This document shows, piece by piece, positions 26,081 through 42,097 of a DNA stretch of 64,000 bases. Position 1 is the first letter of the stretch. Each line of letters starts with the position of its first letter. The translations under genes and the position numbers were made by a program. The notes under the pieces are model-generated. The model saw only the letters and a program-made list of their open reading frames with translations, had not been told where the DNA came from and searched no databases. Source of the stretch: the human T2T-CHM13v2.0 reference genome, Homo sapiens; NCBI RefSeq assembly GCF_009914755.1, contig NC_060931.1, one strand, 5' to 3'.

Positions 26081-26889
26081 GTGTGATCGAAATTAATCTT
26101 TCAAAATATACTGTAACTTCCTTCTTTAGTAAACCCCCTTTGACACTTTCCTTTCTTTTTCTTCCATTTTTTCACCATTATACACATTATGCCCCCTTTT
26201 GCTCTCCTATCTCTTCTGGAATTTGCATTCATTTATATTTTATTCTCTCTCTCTTGTTTTAACTTTGCAGACAGAGTTAATTCCTCTAAGCATACTGAAA
26301 GATTCAGAGATAAACTGTTATCTGTCTTGTAGGGAAGTATTAAAACCTAACAACATCTTGAAGTGTTTCTATGTTTAAAATGAGGATATTCTGTCTTGAA
26401 CATCAGTGAATGATGAATAATCTGTTGACTAACTTGGGAGCATGAAATGAGATGTCATTTGCCATGAATTGTTGATAATACTGCATTCATTTTCCATGGT
26501 TCCGTTTTACCTAGTTGATACCCAGCTAGTATGCCAACTTTTCTGTAAATGATTAAAATGTAATTTAAATAATTTATCTCAGACTGCAGAGAAATAATTT
26601 TTAGTTACTGCTACATTTGCCTTAACTTCTGTTAAAAATATTTGATACTCTGGTTATTGATATCTATGGATTTTATTTGATAGTTCATTACAGAATTTTA
26701 GAATAATAAAACATGTTTGAAAAGGCACTGCAATCATGAAAGAAGAGCAAGTGACTCTTATAATGTCATAATTTACTACAAGTATTAAAAATCCCAGTGC
26801 TGATTACAGTGTGCAAATTCTAAAAAGATTTAACATCATAGTAGAAGACATAGAAGATAGCATATAGATGGATTTCATATAATATAACA

Positions 26890-27345
26890 TCAGTCACAAT
26901 CTGAAAAGGCTACATACTGTATGATTCAAACTATATGACATTCTAGAAAAGGCAAAACTATGGAGACAGCAAAAAGATCTGTGTTTTTCAGGGGTTGTCA
27001 GAGAGAGGGATGAATAAGAGGACCATAGAGGAGTTTTAGGGTATGAAGAATGTTGTGTATGATACTATAGTGGTGAATAAGTGTCATTATACATTTGTCC
27101 AAACACGTGTAATGTACAGCACCAATAATGAACCTTAATATACACTCTGGACCTTGGGTGATAATGTTGTATCAGTGTGGCTTCATCCAGTGTAGTAATT
27201 GTTCCGCTGTGATGTGGGATGTCAATAGAGGGGAAAGTGTGAGTATGTGGGGGCAGTAAGTATGAGAGAACTCTACTTTATGCTAAGTTTTGTTATGAAC
27301 CTAAAAATGGTCTTTAAAAAATAAAGTGTGTATTTTTGAAAAACT
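26890..27345 (+). mobile_element. L1MC-type 3' end
   Basis: caatctgaaaaggctacatactgtatgattc...ggcaaaactatggagacag...gaacctaaaa...aaaaaataaagt. Confidence 0.85.
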
Positions 27346-28278
27346 GTAAAAAGGGGGAAATCAAACCAATTTAAACTCCCCTACTAGGGATTAAGACGCA
27401 TGAGATAATATACTTCTTCTTATCAATAACACTTCTTTATTTAGATAGTCACAATCCCCTTGATTCATAGAGCATATTCATAGATCAGGCAATTGTACTA
27501 TACTATATTTCTAATTATTGAATTGCTTTGTGAATAGGAATTTTTTGTATTTCTTTCTTGCATTGAGTTGTTAAAAATGAAAATGGGGCCAGTGAAGTTA
27601 CTGTTTGGAGATGATAAGTGAATGCTTAGCTGCCATACTTGTTATTGCTTTGGTTGAAAGTAGTTTTCTTGACAATTTATTTGTACAAGCTCTTTACTTT
27701 TTGACTCTTTACTTCTGAATATTGCCTATGGGATAGTATTTGATTTTGTGCACCATTAACATGAGCCAGCTCTGCTTTATTCTCATATCTCAGTTCAGAA
27801 GACACTAACCTGGTTTAAACCCACTAGTCACCACCAATATGACTCAGAAGGAAAGGCAATTGTAACATCACCAAACATCTCTAATCACTTCATCATCAAT
27901 ATCTAATTAGGTAATGCAGAATTGGTAATTTTTAAGGCAATATTATATTGATGAATGTTACACAAGTCTGTGAATATTTCCCGAAAGAAATGTGCATGTT
28001 TTTGGTCATAAATGTTTCTGGTCCATGAGTATTTCAACATTACTGGGTGAATTTTATCATTGGAAAAATAAAACAACAAAAAAAAGTTTAAATCTTAAAG
28101 TATAAATTTTAGGTTACACAGATAATCCCTAAAAAACAATAGAGATAGGAAAAATGTATACAATTGTGATTTAATTCCCTTACATCTATCTGGATAAGGC
28201 CTTATTGTACTTCCTGGACACTGTTCTGTGTTAGGTTTAATCCTACATTAGTCTTCAAAATTAAAATATAAGTGTTCA

Positions 28279-28719
<441 letters not shown>

Positions 28720-29249
28720 TTATAGTACCTACGTTTATGAAGTTAATATTTTTAAAGAAAAGCTGAGTTCATCATCACGGAATGAGAGAAAACATATGTA
28801 AGCTATTCCTGGCACTACTTCAAATTTATATGAGAATGAAGGCTGTAAAACTCTGAGGGAATTCCCAAAGTCTGAGACTCAAGAGAAGAAGGAAAGAAAT
28901 AGTGTTGAGCACTTCACCCTTGACCAGCTTTATGTGCTAATCATGAGCTAGAATTGTACAAGTTCCAAGTTATGGGACAGATAATATCGCAGATTTTAAT
29001 TATTACATATAAGGAGGTGGAGAGAGTACTCCAGGTAGGTCATGCAAGAAAGACTAAATAGAGGACTATTATACTCAGTAACAAAATGTAGGCAAATGAA
29101 AATGTTTATGTAACGTAGCTCAGTCAAATTCAATTAAACTTTGCCCTTTCATGGTTGCCCACAGTTTCATCCTTACTAAAACTCATCCTTACTAAAATAT
29201 ATTTGCCCTGAGGATCTCAGTTCACTGATGACATTCTGGTTCTTAAGTT

Positions 29250-30350
29250 CAACATTCCTAACCTCCATGACTTTTTATTTACATCTCAGACTGCTTCTTC
29301 TTCTCCGAGTTTATCTGCTTTATTTGTTGATTCTTAGTCCATACTACTGTTTGCACCTTCCCCTTATCTCTTTCATTGTTCCTTTTCCTTTCTCTACCTC
29401 TTAAAAATAGGCATTATCTTTAGTTTCTCTTCTATTTCTTTTTTACCTACTTTTCCTAGATGATTTTAACAGTTTCCATGGCTTAATCGCTCAGATTTCC
29501 TCTGCGCTTCATATCCTCATTTTGCAAGGCCTGTGGACATTTCCACCCGGATGCCTGACCATAAATGTAAGTGTAATGTCTAAAAGAATACCAGTTGTTC
29601 CCTCCAAGACATATCACACCTCAGAATTTATATTGATTTCCAAACTAACATTGTGCTATCAACTTCGCAAACAGAAAAACAAATAGATCTATCTTTTTTT
29701 TCAATGATCCTCTCAAATCCAGAAAACATACTTATTAATTGCTTGTAACATTTCTGACAAATATTCTTTATCTCCCTTTTCACTGACAATAACCTTTCTT
29801 GCTTTGCCTCAGGATTCCTGCGTTAGTCTTCAAATTAGCTTCTTTATTTCTAGATTTTGCTGCTGAATCTGTCTATTGGGCATTGTTATTTAAAGTATAG
29901 TCTGGGAATTAGCAGTAATAGTATTATCTGGGAATTCATTTTCGTAAGGTGTAATCTCAGGCTTCACTGGAGAATTGAATCAGCATGTGCATTTTAGCAG
30001 GATCCCCAAGTGATGAGTGTGCACATTAAAGTCTGAGAAGCTCTACTCAGCATGACCATGTTACTGCTCTATTCATAAGGGCTTCAAAAACACACTTACT
30101 TCAATATTATTAGATGGTAACATTGATTAAATTTGAAAGTATTACACTCTCCCCTCAAAATTTAGTTAGCACTAATCACCTATACTATACTTTTTTCCCC
30201 CCATCCTCTGAATCACTATGCACATTTTAGTTCCTGTGTCTGGCTAACATGGTTTACTTGCTAAAAATGCCCTCTACTTACTTGTTTGTTTACACAAATC
30301 TAATCCATTCTGAAAGACTAATTCAAGATCCAACTTCTTAAAACATCTTT
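29250..30350 (+). mobile_element. degraded L2 interrupted by a MER5-like element
   Basis: pyrimidine-rich L2-like motifs (gacatttccacccggatg, atgttactgctct); weak. Confidence 0.4.
29880..30050. mobile_element. MER5-type hAT relic
   Basis: tgaatcagcatgtgcattttagcaggatccccaagtgatgagtgtgcacattaaagtctgagaagc. Confidence 0.7.
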
Positions 30351-33000
30351 TTTATACCTATTATAATAATAGCAGCAAAAATAATTTTATTAAGAGTGTC
30401 TAAAAAACTATTTTGTGTTATTTTTGTTTTCTTAAATTGCTAGCCCATTTCTAATTAGATATCAAGTCTTTTATTAGCTTGTATTCTGGCATCTAGAAGA
30501 GATCTTGCACACCACTGGGGCCAAATGATTTCTAAAAATAAGTCTTTATAGATGTCCTTAAAATTAAATAGGAGATTTATTTTACTTTATAGCATTTATG
30601 CATACAGCAAAATTGTACAAAATTTTACAGATGATGGTTGCACACATTTTAAACCAGAATTTCCTGCCTTTTCTTTCAGCCTCTTCTGCTAGGAGATATT
30701 TCACTCGGTATAAATGAAATATATACTTGGTACAAATATAAGAAAATATTTCACTTGATGTAAACACCTAAACATTTAAATGGGCAGGACACTAATTATA
30801 TGATTATATGTAGCATTAACTTCCATTGCCTACATTTAAAATAATGCTGTGTAATAAAATTGATGTTTGGATATATTGCAATATTTAAAAATGCTATATT
30901 TAATAACTCTACAGAGAAATATATCTACATAAGCAGCTGTTTTGTAGAAATTAGCTTTATAACTAATGCTCCATATTGTTAGTTGACATATATCGTTGAT
31001 CATGATTCAATAATTCATATTAGTCACAAGCAAATTACAGAATTAGTACTTGAAACGAAAACCTCCTATGAATAAAAAATAAAATTCATCTTCGTTTTTA
31101 ACATCAAGAGGAAACAACAAAAATTGATATATTTTTTCCCACAAAAGGATTCTGCATTGCAATTTTTTACGTTTCAAATAATTATCTAGCCAAATATTAT
31201 AAAGCAATCTATAACTTTTTAGTTATTTTGAAAATAACTATAAATCCTAACATGTCTGTTTTGATTCTTTCTATGTTCGATGCACTCCTGTGTTAAGTGT
31301 TAATTTTGTATTGTAAGGGGATGACAATAGCAAGTATACAAAATAAAATATCACTATGTATCCCTTATAGTTTAAAAAGCCCTTGCTTTGGAGTATTCAT
31401 GTCTTAGAATTCCCTTTTGTCTTTAATGAAGCCAGAATTTCCTTTACTACAAATTCTATTTTATGCATGCTCTTTGCTCTTCTTTCCAAAGCTATTTTAG
31501 GTTGGTTAAGTGCATGTCATATTAGTTTACCTGAAAATGTGACTTTCTGAAGATACCCAAAGGAATATGGACATAATTCTGGGTTGGAAAAATGGCTAGT
31601 TATGAGTCATCCAGTGAGGCACCACCTGGAAGCAGTTGAGAGTTGATCATGCAATCCAGTAAAAGATTGAGTTAAATCTATCATCCCATAACTAGTCCTG
31701 GAATTTACCTCATAAGTGTACATTAGGTAAAACTGTATTGAGCTTTCTCAACTTTCTTTATCTCCCTGAAGATCACTACCAGTCAAATTCTAGGAGAATG
31801 TCCTCTAGTTCCTAGGCATTAGGGGGTGAGAAGACTGACGTTAGGGGGGATATCACATGCCTAACACATGATATTGTTCTTAAGAGAATTTCCTTTTTCG
31901 TTGAGAGGGTAACATATAAATACTGCAGGACAACAAGATGAGTTACACTTTAAATGAAGATTAGTAGTAGTCACTCAGCACTGATTAAAGAAACACCATT
32001 TCTGCCTGAGTCTCCAGGGCAGGTTTCATGAAGCAGTTGACATTTGACCTAAACTTTAAAGAAAAGATGTTCAACATTCACGTGAGTATGGGATAAAAGT
32101 CATTCAAAAGAAGGAGAAAGAAAATAAGAAATTTGAAGAAAGAAACAGTGTAGGGTACCGCCACATCTGCAGAATGAAGAGCGACCATTCTCTAATATAT
32201 AACCACCTGAGGCTTGGAGGAGGCAAAAATGAGTTGGAACTACAGCATGTGGGGACTTCAAGTGAGTTTAAAGTTTATGGTGCAGATCATGAAAAGCATA
32301 AAAATTAATTCTAAATATAATTGCACAATAATGTTGCAACTTGCTCTTTCCTTTTTGATTTTAATAATAAAATACATTTTGAATCAGAGTTTCAAAAAAC
32401 CTAAAATATTGGAGCTTGAAAGGATTTTATAAATCATTTTGACAAAATAATCATTTTATACTTGGGGAAACTGGGTTCCAAAGACCTTGAGTGACATCTT
32501 CAAGGTCAAAGAATTCTACCTGATCATGTAACACAATCACACATAGCTCTTATAATTATTCTGGTTGTGTCAATAATCCCAAATCTAGAATGTAATCAAT
32601 CTCTATTGAGAAGAGACTACAGTCTGATTTGGGTGATCAGTTTGTTTCAAAAGATCGATTTAAACCCTTATGACTGTTCCCTTACATGTAATTATATTTC
32701 ACTTAAAGTTAGTTACAGACGGAATTGCTAGGAATTTTAAAAAGTGTAAACATCATCATCATCTCCTTGGTTTAGTCTTCCTTCCATGTACTACTATCAT
32801 GCAGTATAACATTTAGCCTTTCTACTCTTTTTTTCAAACAAATTTCTGAAAACAAAACAAAATAAAACTATGAACTCTTTGTTCTTTCCTGGACATGACT
32901 AAACATAGCCCTGAAAGAAGGGAAGACCTTGACCTTGAACTTACCAGCTTTTCTGGTGAGATAGTTTCAGATATATATGACTTATTTCCTACAGATTTAG

Positions 33001-33002
<2 letters not shown>

Positions 33003-33033
<31 letters not shown>
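33003..33033. repeat. (TG)n microsatellite
   Basis: uninterrupted TG run. Confidence 0.97.
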
Positions 33034-33035
<2 letters not shown>

Positions 33036-34816
33036 AAGATTAGAAGGGGAAAAAACTTAAAGATAAGAGTAGCACATAACCTTGATTTCTGTCCGCCTCA
33101 GAGAACTACGGTCAAGCTCACATGACATAGACCTTTTGTGGATTTCTGGCATGCTGGTTGTGATGTTGCAGTACTTAAATTTCTTCTGCCAGACTATGTG
33201 ATGTCTTTTTAAATATATAACCACATTTAACTGTTTTTTAATTCCATATATTTCCCAGCAAAATTAAATATAACTTTTTGACTGCCTGCCTCTAACAAAG
33301 AGACATTAGCTACTCCATCTGGCCTGCAGCGATCAGGGAAATGTATATTCAAGTTTCCCAGGGATGGCGAGTCCAGCATCCTAATTTAGTTACTGGAATC
33401 CCATGCCTACATTACTTGGGCAGTAACTTTAACACAGAAGGAGCCAGAATTGAGAAGTCACATTGACTGGAGTTCTTTGAATGGACCAAATTACATAGCT
33501 GGAGTGAAAGTTCATTGCATCATTGTTCTATGGTCATAATGTCTCAGAAACATATTTCTTTTCTCTTTTATTTTACTTCTTCTGCACTACTCAGTCCCAG
33601 GCAGACCTTCCTATGGTCTCCTAGGGTTTGGACAATAGGCATGTTTAGATCTGGTTTGATCTTTTACTAAGGCTATAACCCTTACTTCCCACTAATGTAG
33701 GGAGGTTCTGTCTAAGACTCTGCATATTGGGCAGAACCTGAGTTTTGATCCCCTCCAGTACAGCTGATGAACCAAAATGTGAGTGTAATATCTTGGCCAA
33801 TATCTTCAAAATTTTTTGCTCTAAGAATGTACTTTCCTCTGTTACAAACTTTTAAACAAAAATTGGCCTGAAATCTCAGCACTGTAAGATATTTTTAAAT
33901 TCTACAATGTAATTAATGTCATTTCAAAATATTTATTATTTTTAGAGAATGAGTTAATGTGGAGAGTCCTTTAGAAACAGAAAAAGTCCTTTAGATAAAG
34001 AAAAGTAAATTAATGTGAAGAAAATTTTAAAATGTCATAGAGAAACATGGCATTGAGGGAGTAGTTTGGGTTAATAATGACTATACAGTTCATCTGCCCC
34101 GTGCGACTCTTCTCCTGCCACATATAGTGATATGTGTGAGACTATGCAGAAGGCAGATGGGTGATTTTATTCAGATTTTTCCAGAACACGTGCATTTAAA
34201 ACATATCATAATAAGGGGGTTTAAGAGATTTCCAAGAGAATGATTGAAATGATAGAGCATGGAATCTAAGTGAACAGGGAATAAACTAAGGACAGGGAAA
34301 AGGGAGGAAGAGAAAAAAGAGAGGTCAGTAAACTAGAGGTCCTGATGTGATTCACAGCCACTCATTGCATAAGTAATTAAATAAGAAAGCAAGAAACAGG
34401 AGATGGTGGTCAGAGAGTATAAGTGATACAGTATTTCAGGGTAACTTCTTAGGGCCTTACTATAAAGTGGATCAGGAAAATGGACTAGAATTGAAGATCA
34501 CTGTTGATGGTGAAGTCAAAGCTAGTTTTCTATGTGGATTTTGAAATCAGCTACATTGACAATAGGAGTTGAAGCAAACGGGAAAACTTTGAACTTGATA
34601 TCAGTATATTCAGTAAATTAAGGTTAAAATTATATAAATTGTACAATAGTAACTGGCAAAAATTAGAAGGGGTGGAGTGTTCCAAACGTAGAGGAGTAGA
34701 GGTTTTTGCAAAAGAGGGATAGATATGTCCTGGATATAACAAAGGGAATCCAGAAGGAGTCTTGCCTCCCATTATATGAGCTTTAAGAGCATAACTTCTA
34801 CTAATTTAATCCTTTC

Positions 34817-35109
34817 TTCCCTTCTTTATTTTTCTCTTTTTTTAGTTAGAGTCTCATTCTATTACCCAGGCTACATGATCTGAGCTCACTGCAACATCAA
34901 CCTCCCTGGCTCAAGGCATCCTCACACCTCAGCATCCCAAGTAGCTGGAGCTACAGGTGTGCACCACCATGCCTGGCTAAGTTTTGTATTTTTTGTAGAG
35001 ATGGGGTTTTGTCATGTTGCGCAGGCTGGTCTTGAACTTCTGAGCTCAAGCCATGAACCTTTAGCCTCCCAAAGTACCGGGATTGCAGGCGTGAGCCACC
35101 ATGTCTGGC
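34817..35109 (-). mobile_element. AluJ-like
   Basis: antisense diverged dimer; TSD (c)taatttaatcctttc at 34801-34816 and 35109-35124. Confidence 0.93.
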
Positions 35110-38100
35110 TAATTTAATCCTTTCATTATACAAGACCATCGGCGAGTTGTGTGTTTGGACCACATTGCTTTCCCCATTGTCTTCTATACAATGTTAGAGA
35201 ACCAAAAAACCAAGCACAAGGTTGACCCAATAACTGTGGATTGGGCATTAGAAAAGAGGAATGATTGTGAGTATACTTTAATAAGACAGAGACAACAGAA
35301 TATAGCAATTAGGAGTGTTATACCTTGGATGGGTTTTGAAAGAAAATGGCCTGATCTCAAAATATAAAGAGAAGAAAATGAGATAATAACCAAAGATTTT
35401 TCAGAAATGATAAAAAAAACCCAAATATAGGAAATAAATGTATCCTAGCAAAACTATCTTTATAAAAAGGAAAATGAAGTAAAATATTTTACAGCAATAA
35501 AATGTCTGATAGTTCAGCATCATTAGACTATCATTGAAGTAATTTCAAAATATGAACTTGAAGGCGAAAGAAAATGACCACAGAAGGAAAGTACGGGGTG
35601 CAAGATAAAATGATTATCAAAGAAAACATGAAGTATCAAAGAAAACATGAGGAATCAAAGAAACTCAGAGTGAGCCTAAACAGTGATTTATACTGATTTA
35701 ATTTCTGTTACATAGAAAATCCAAGAAATTCTGGTTGATTTAAACCAGTAAGTTAAAAAAAATCACAAAATAAATACAAACTTCTTGAGACAAAAACAGA
35801 TAATTACAACTGTGTAAGATTCATATAAACATCAGATTTTTCATTAATAGCTTTGGATGTCAGAAAAGTATCAAACAGTGGTTCCAAAGTTATTAGGGAA
35901 AATGACTTTGAATGGATGCCGTCTCTAGACAAATCTTAAATTAAGTGTGAAGGTAGAATAATGACTTTTTTTGAATTCATGGACTTAGAAAAGATTCATC
36001 ACATAACTGCTACATTAAAAGTACATTATTCTGTCATTTTAAAAAGTGGGAGAGGGAGAAATGAGAAACTCCAGGAAAATTGAAAACTACACAAATATTT
36101 TATTTTCCAAATATGAAGCAAACTAAAATGTGGGCACAATTTTAAACCAACTGATAGACTGATGAAAAATAATATTTAATTATGTATTAATGTGTACTGT
36201 GTTATACTTTGAGTGATTCAGAGGTCATGGTATTGAAACACTAAAAAAGAAAATATTATTGTGAAATACAACTTGGACTTGCAGTTAATGTCTCTGCAAA
36301 ATAATAACAATAAAAATAAGGTTCATTGGTTTTCCACTTTTAGCTCATCTTGCAATGCAGACTTACTTATGATCACGGAGCAATTGTAAATTTTATTAAT
36401 TTTGTCCATGTCAAACTGATGTGCTGAGGATAGAAAAATTATAATAAGGAAAAGAAAAAAAAAGATTAGGAGTAAGATATGATATAGAAGGGAATTTGGT
36501 GATTATAATTGAAAAAATAAATATATAAGTACATTAAACAGAGATATACAGCTAAGCAATAATTTAAATAATGATCAAAAATATTTGATGAAGACAATGA
36601 TGAGAAGTGGAGAACTCCCTGCGTGATCAAAATTTGCAGCTTCCGCAGTGGACAGTTAATAGGTAACACAGTCTGTAAATCAAGAAATGGAGAATATGTA
36701 TGAAGATAATGTAAAAAAAAAGAAATAATTACTAGATTATGTTTCTTACATTGGGCTAGATATGAAGTGGTGGCAAAGGTGCAAAGAAAATCTTTTTTAT
36801 GATGTCATCTGTATTATATGAATCTATAAGATATTATTTTGATTAGAGTACTTAAAACATATGGAAATTAATACCAGTAACATTATTTTTTAAATAAGAT
36901 TTCTCCATCATGTGATAAGCATTTAAAGATCCAAAGATGAGTAAAGTGAAAAATTTGTTTTACTTTTTTCAAGTTTATATTATTCTTCAAGAGAAATGCG
37001 ACAAATAAATGTAAATAATCCATGCAAGTTCAAAATTTTTCAAATGTATTTCAATACATATTATTGTATTTTTGTTTTCAATCTTATTTAAATAACTGTT
37101 TTTAAGAAAGACTAAAGGAAAACTCTGCACTCTTTTTATATATTTTTCCAGTTTTAATATTTTTCACAAAAGTTTCTTTCATTTTTTTCAAATTATTATA
37201 CAGAATTCATATGTAAATCTCAAAAATGGAAAGAAAGAAAACCCAAATTCTCCTCATTATGAAGTGTGGAATGTAAAAAAACCAGAACACTGAGATTATG
37301 ATAATTTTCCTATCAAATATATATTTGTGTTATTACTCCTTAACTTCTGATGTATTTTTCCATATGAGTATGAAACATGAAAAATTGGTACACAGACAGA
37401 AGCTCTAAGATCCACTCATTGTGAACTCTGCATAATTTTGGAAATAATGTCTTTAAAGTCTTTTTTTCTGGTTAGCTTTCAAGTGCTATTTTAAAAGTTG
37501 CAAGACATGAAGAACCAGATGCATACATTCCCTTCACATGGATTTTCAATTTAATTCCTCATAGTTGTTTCTTGTCTCTGGGATGCTAATACGGTCTATT
37601 TTGTGTCAATGCACAATTTGTACAATGTTTCTTTTTAACTATCTCTTTCTTTGGTGATATGGTTAGTAATTTTATTCTAAAAATATTTTTAAAATATTTA
37701 CTTACTATTTCTAATATACACCATGATCGTCATTAATTTGCTAGGAAACAAAAGCAGAATATATTAGGAAAACTGAATTAGCGTGTTTAATTTTAATGTG
37801 CCTCCAAACACTTTTTTTGTTATAGTATACTAAGCTTATGGGGAAAGTGCTCCAACTGACAGATTATTATTGAGAAGGATGTAAGGGAAAGCCTGTTTTT
37901 ATTAATACCTTTTCACAAATACTAGCCTCAAGGTATTAGAATAAAATGCAATGTGTGAGTTTAAGTGTTGAATAATATGCTAGGTTGCTGTAAAGGAATA
38001 TGCTTAACAAAGTATTTCCCCTTTGAAATATTATTATTTTTTCCCCAGGAAACCAGCCGGACAGTAAAGAAATGTTCTTCTTTTTTACCAAATTACAGAA

Positions 38101-38631
38101 TTCATTTATGTCCTGTGGGCAAAGGTAAACACACAGTAATCATAGCTCAGAATCTTCTCATTCAAGAAATGCCCATCAAGCACCCTAATGATGTCTTGTT
38201 TATGTTGATGATTTATTGTTTTCTTCGAACACGTCTGAAATATTTTACAATTCAGCTGGTTCTGGCGGTTTCCAAGCATTTTCCCAGCCTCAGAGAGGAG
38301 TACTTGCCCCGCCTTCTGCAGAGCTGGCTGACAAAGGCAGTGTCCTGGCCTTTGGCCAGGCGCTTGTCTCTAGCATGCTCCTCACATTTCTGATTTGCGC
38401 AGGGAGTACTGAGCACTGCAACCTCAAAAGCATATTAGACTGCAAAACTCCATTCAAGTGAATGCTGTTCTAGCATAAAAAAAAAATACACACTATTTTT
38501 TAAACTAAAAGTTGGAAGAAAAACATATATGTTCAGCAAAACACACGCAACAGGCTACAATGCAAATGATATATATATATAAGAATATAAGCTTTTAAAC
38601 TGAAGGTTTATAAATATAAACAATAAATTAA

Positions 38632-38971
<340 letters not shown>

Positions 38972-40829
38972 TAATTAATAAAGAGATACATAAATCTGTT
39001 GAAGCGTTGCCTGAAATTTCTGGATTAATAAGCTTGAAATGTTAGACATTTAATTAAAATAAATGTTCTGTTTATCCCACGATATCTAAGCCCCCTTCTC
39101 TTTGTCTGGCTGTTAATGCTGTCATGACTGCTGATGAAAATCAAAATCCTCTATAGAAGTAAAAAACATTTACAGGTATTAGAGAGATTTTAAACAAATT
39201 ATTTTGGATATAATGTCATGGAAAAATTATTTTTCACAAATCATTTTAAATATTTTTCTTCTAAAGTATTACATTACATCTAGAACCTTAACATAAAGAG
39301 AAAAAACAGAATAACAATTGGTAGTGTTTGAAGCAATAATTAGCTCAAAAGATTTCAGTATAAATGTCTTCATTGTAATCTCCCAAAAAACATCATCTTT
39401 TCAAACTGTTGTCAGAAATGAAATGAACTATGAGTCCAATATACAACAATATTTCTTCCTTTACTACACAATACAAACATGAATAGGAAAATGTAACTTT
39501 ATGCTTTGGTATATCATACTCATGATGCTCAGGATTCATCAACAAAGATTAAGCAATACGTTTACTATACATAAAAAAATTTAATACCACTTTAATTTTC
39601 CAAAGTAGACAAAATATTGTAGATAATATCCATAATTTTGAAAGCCAGTCTTTGAAGTATATTTTATTACCAGAAGTATTTGAACTGCTTATCTCCTGTT
39701 AAATAAAAGACTGACTAGAAATTTGTATTTATTAGCTAAAGGACTCACAACTATGTGGTTAGAATTTCATTCAAGCACTAAATTTCAAAAAAGTTAACCT
39801 TGATATTAATTAATAGATATATCATTTTTAGTAAATTAAGTAAATGAAAGAACAGAAATACAAGATAACTTTTCAAAGTTACAATATTTCACATGGAAAC
39901 CAAATGTATAGTATGCATGCTGCTTAACTATGGATGTCTTGGTCATCAGCCATTCTATGCGGCTTCATAGTATTAGCATTCTCACCAGTCCTAATTCAAA
40001 ATTAATTGCCTGAAACACTCAGATGCCAGTGTTATCCAACAAGTAGACCTTCAATGTTAAAAATGTAAGCTAATAAATATGTTGATACTCTTAGTTTTAA
40101 AAATAATAGACTAAAAGATACATAAATTAGTCAATAGAAAGCATTAAGGAGTTTACCCTGTAACTTACCCATTCTTGATTCTGAAAATAAAGACTGGGTT
40201 AAAGTTCTGAACATATATCCTATGAAGTTTTTTCTTTTGCAAGAATAAAATAATTTGTTCACAAGCACAGAAAATATTTTGTAATTGAAAGAAGATATTT
40301 TATTGATTCAGTTCTTAATTTTTAGGACTAGATGTGCATGTATTAACAATAACAAATTAATGTTTAAAAAATAATTTATAAACATCAATGTTAACTGAAG
40401 AGAATTTCTGTTTGTACATGTTATCAGTGATGTGAAATTTGATTCTTGAGAGCCATGTGTTCAGTCTGTCTCTCTTTGCTTATCTCTAAGACAATTTATA
40501 TTGTGCCATCTGGAAGGAAGACAGGAAAAACCAAAACAAAATCCAGTTCAAAACTGTATATTCGATTGGAAAAAAAATCAATGCCTCCTTGGGATTTTTT
40601 TGAGATTTTACCTACCTCTGCTCTTTTCATTCATTGACATAATTTTTTGTATTTCTGGATGCCGAATTTTGGAAATCTTGTGTTTGATATGGGTCTAATT
40701 TCTCAGATAATCTTTTTACACAGTAACATATGTTTTGGAATCTATCCAGGAGAGATATTTCTGTCTTCTGAGAGAAGGATTACACTGTTCTACCCTAAGG
40801 AGTTTCTCTTCAAGTATGGCAAAATAATC

Positions 40830-42058
40830 TCCTAACAATTGAATCATCTCAAAACAACCATAAAATCTGGATACAATTTTTAAAAACTTGAAAGTTTAAA
40901 AAAGCTGTACTATTTTTTGTGGGGTTGGGGGAGTTGGTTAAAACTCTGAAGATGGTTATAGCAAGGAGTGTTTCTCATTTTTATGAATTTAGTTTGAAGA
41001 CCGACCACAGTCCCACTGTGGCCCAGGGAAGTTTAAACTCTGGTAGAAACCCACATTCTTTCTAACCTAGAGAATCAGAACACAGAGCCTGGGCCAATCA
41101 TGCTCTAAAAATGAGGGAATTCTGGGAAAAGAAAGCATGGAAGAAATCATCAAGTTATGTGTATAAACTCTGTCCAAATCCATGGCTAACCACTGAATTA
41201 TGCAAGCATGGGGAAAACTCAAAGCAGCTATCAGTTAAAGCTACATGGAAAAAACTGAGAGTTGAGTTGCTGCCTTAAACACACAATAAAAATGTTGAGG
41301 CTTGAGGATAAGCAAGGTAGTTTTTGGTTTTCTAAAAGAATTTAAACATCCTTTATAGGAATATAACAAAATGTACAGCCTCAATAATATAACTGTAACA
41401 ATGTTCCGGATACATTGGAAAATTACTCACATAAACAGAACCAAGAATATACGACTTTCTTAAAGGAAAATAAAATAAGCAGAGGCTAGACTCAAGATGA
41501 TCCAGATGTTAGGTTGTCAAACACAAACCTCTTGTTTCCAGATTTATTGAGGTATAATTGACCAATAAATACTGTAAATACTTAAGGTATAAAATGTGAA
41601 AAATTTTAATATGCGTACTTTGTTAAACTGATTACCACAATCAAGTTAATTCATTCATCACCTTATATAGTTACCACTGTGTGTGTGTGTGTGTGTGTGT
41701 GTTTGTGTGGTGAGAGCACGCAAGATCTACTCTTAGAAAATTTCAAATATACAGTACAGTATTAATTAATGTCATAACGCTCAACATTAGATCACCAGAA
41801 TTTATTCATCTTATAATTGAAAGCTTGTACCCCTTGACCAACATATTCCAATTTCCCCCACCTTCCAGCCCCTGGTAACCACTATTCTCCTCCTTGATTC
41901 TGTGAGTTTGACATTTTTAGATTTCACATAGAAGTGAAGTCATAGAGTATTTGTTTTTCTGTATCTGGCTTATTTCACTTAGCATAATGCCTCCCAAGTT
42001 AATCCATGTTGTTGCAAACATCAAGATTTTCTTCTTTTTTATGGATGTGTTGCATTTC

Positions 42059-42097
<39 letters not shown>

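Noticed and set aside
29167-29197. Micro-duplications (16-bp here; also ~33965, ~35617, ~50869)
   Set aside because: Ordinary slippage products with no further structure
37965-38393. 142-aa ORF as a protein-coding gene
   Set aside because: Non-ATG start, no recognisable domain, composition typical of chance AT-rich ORFs
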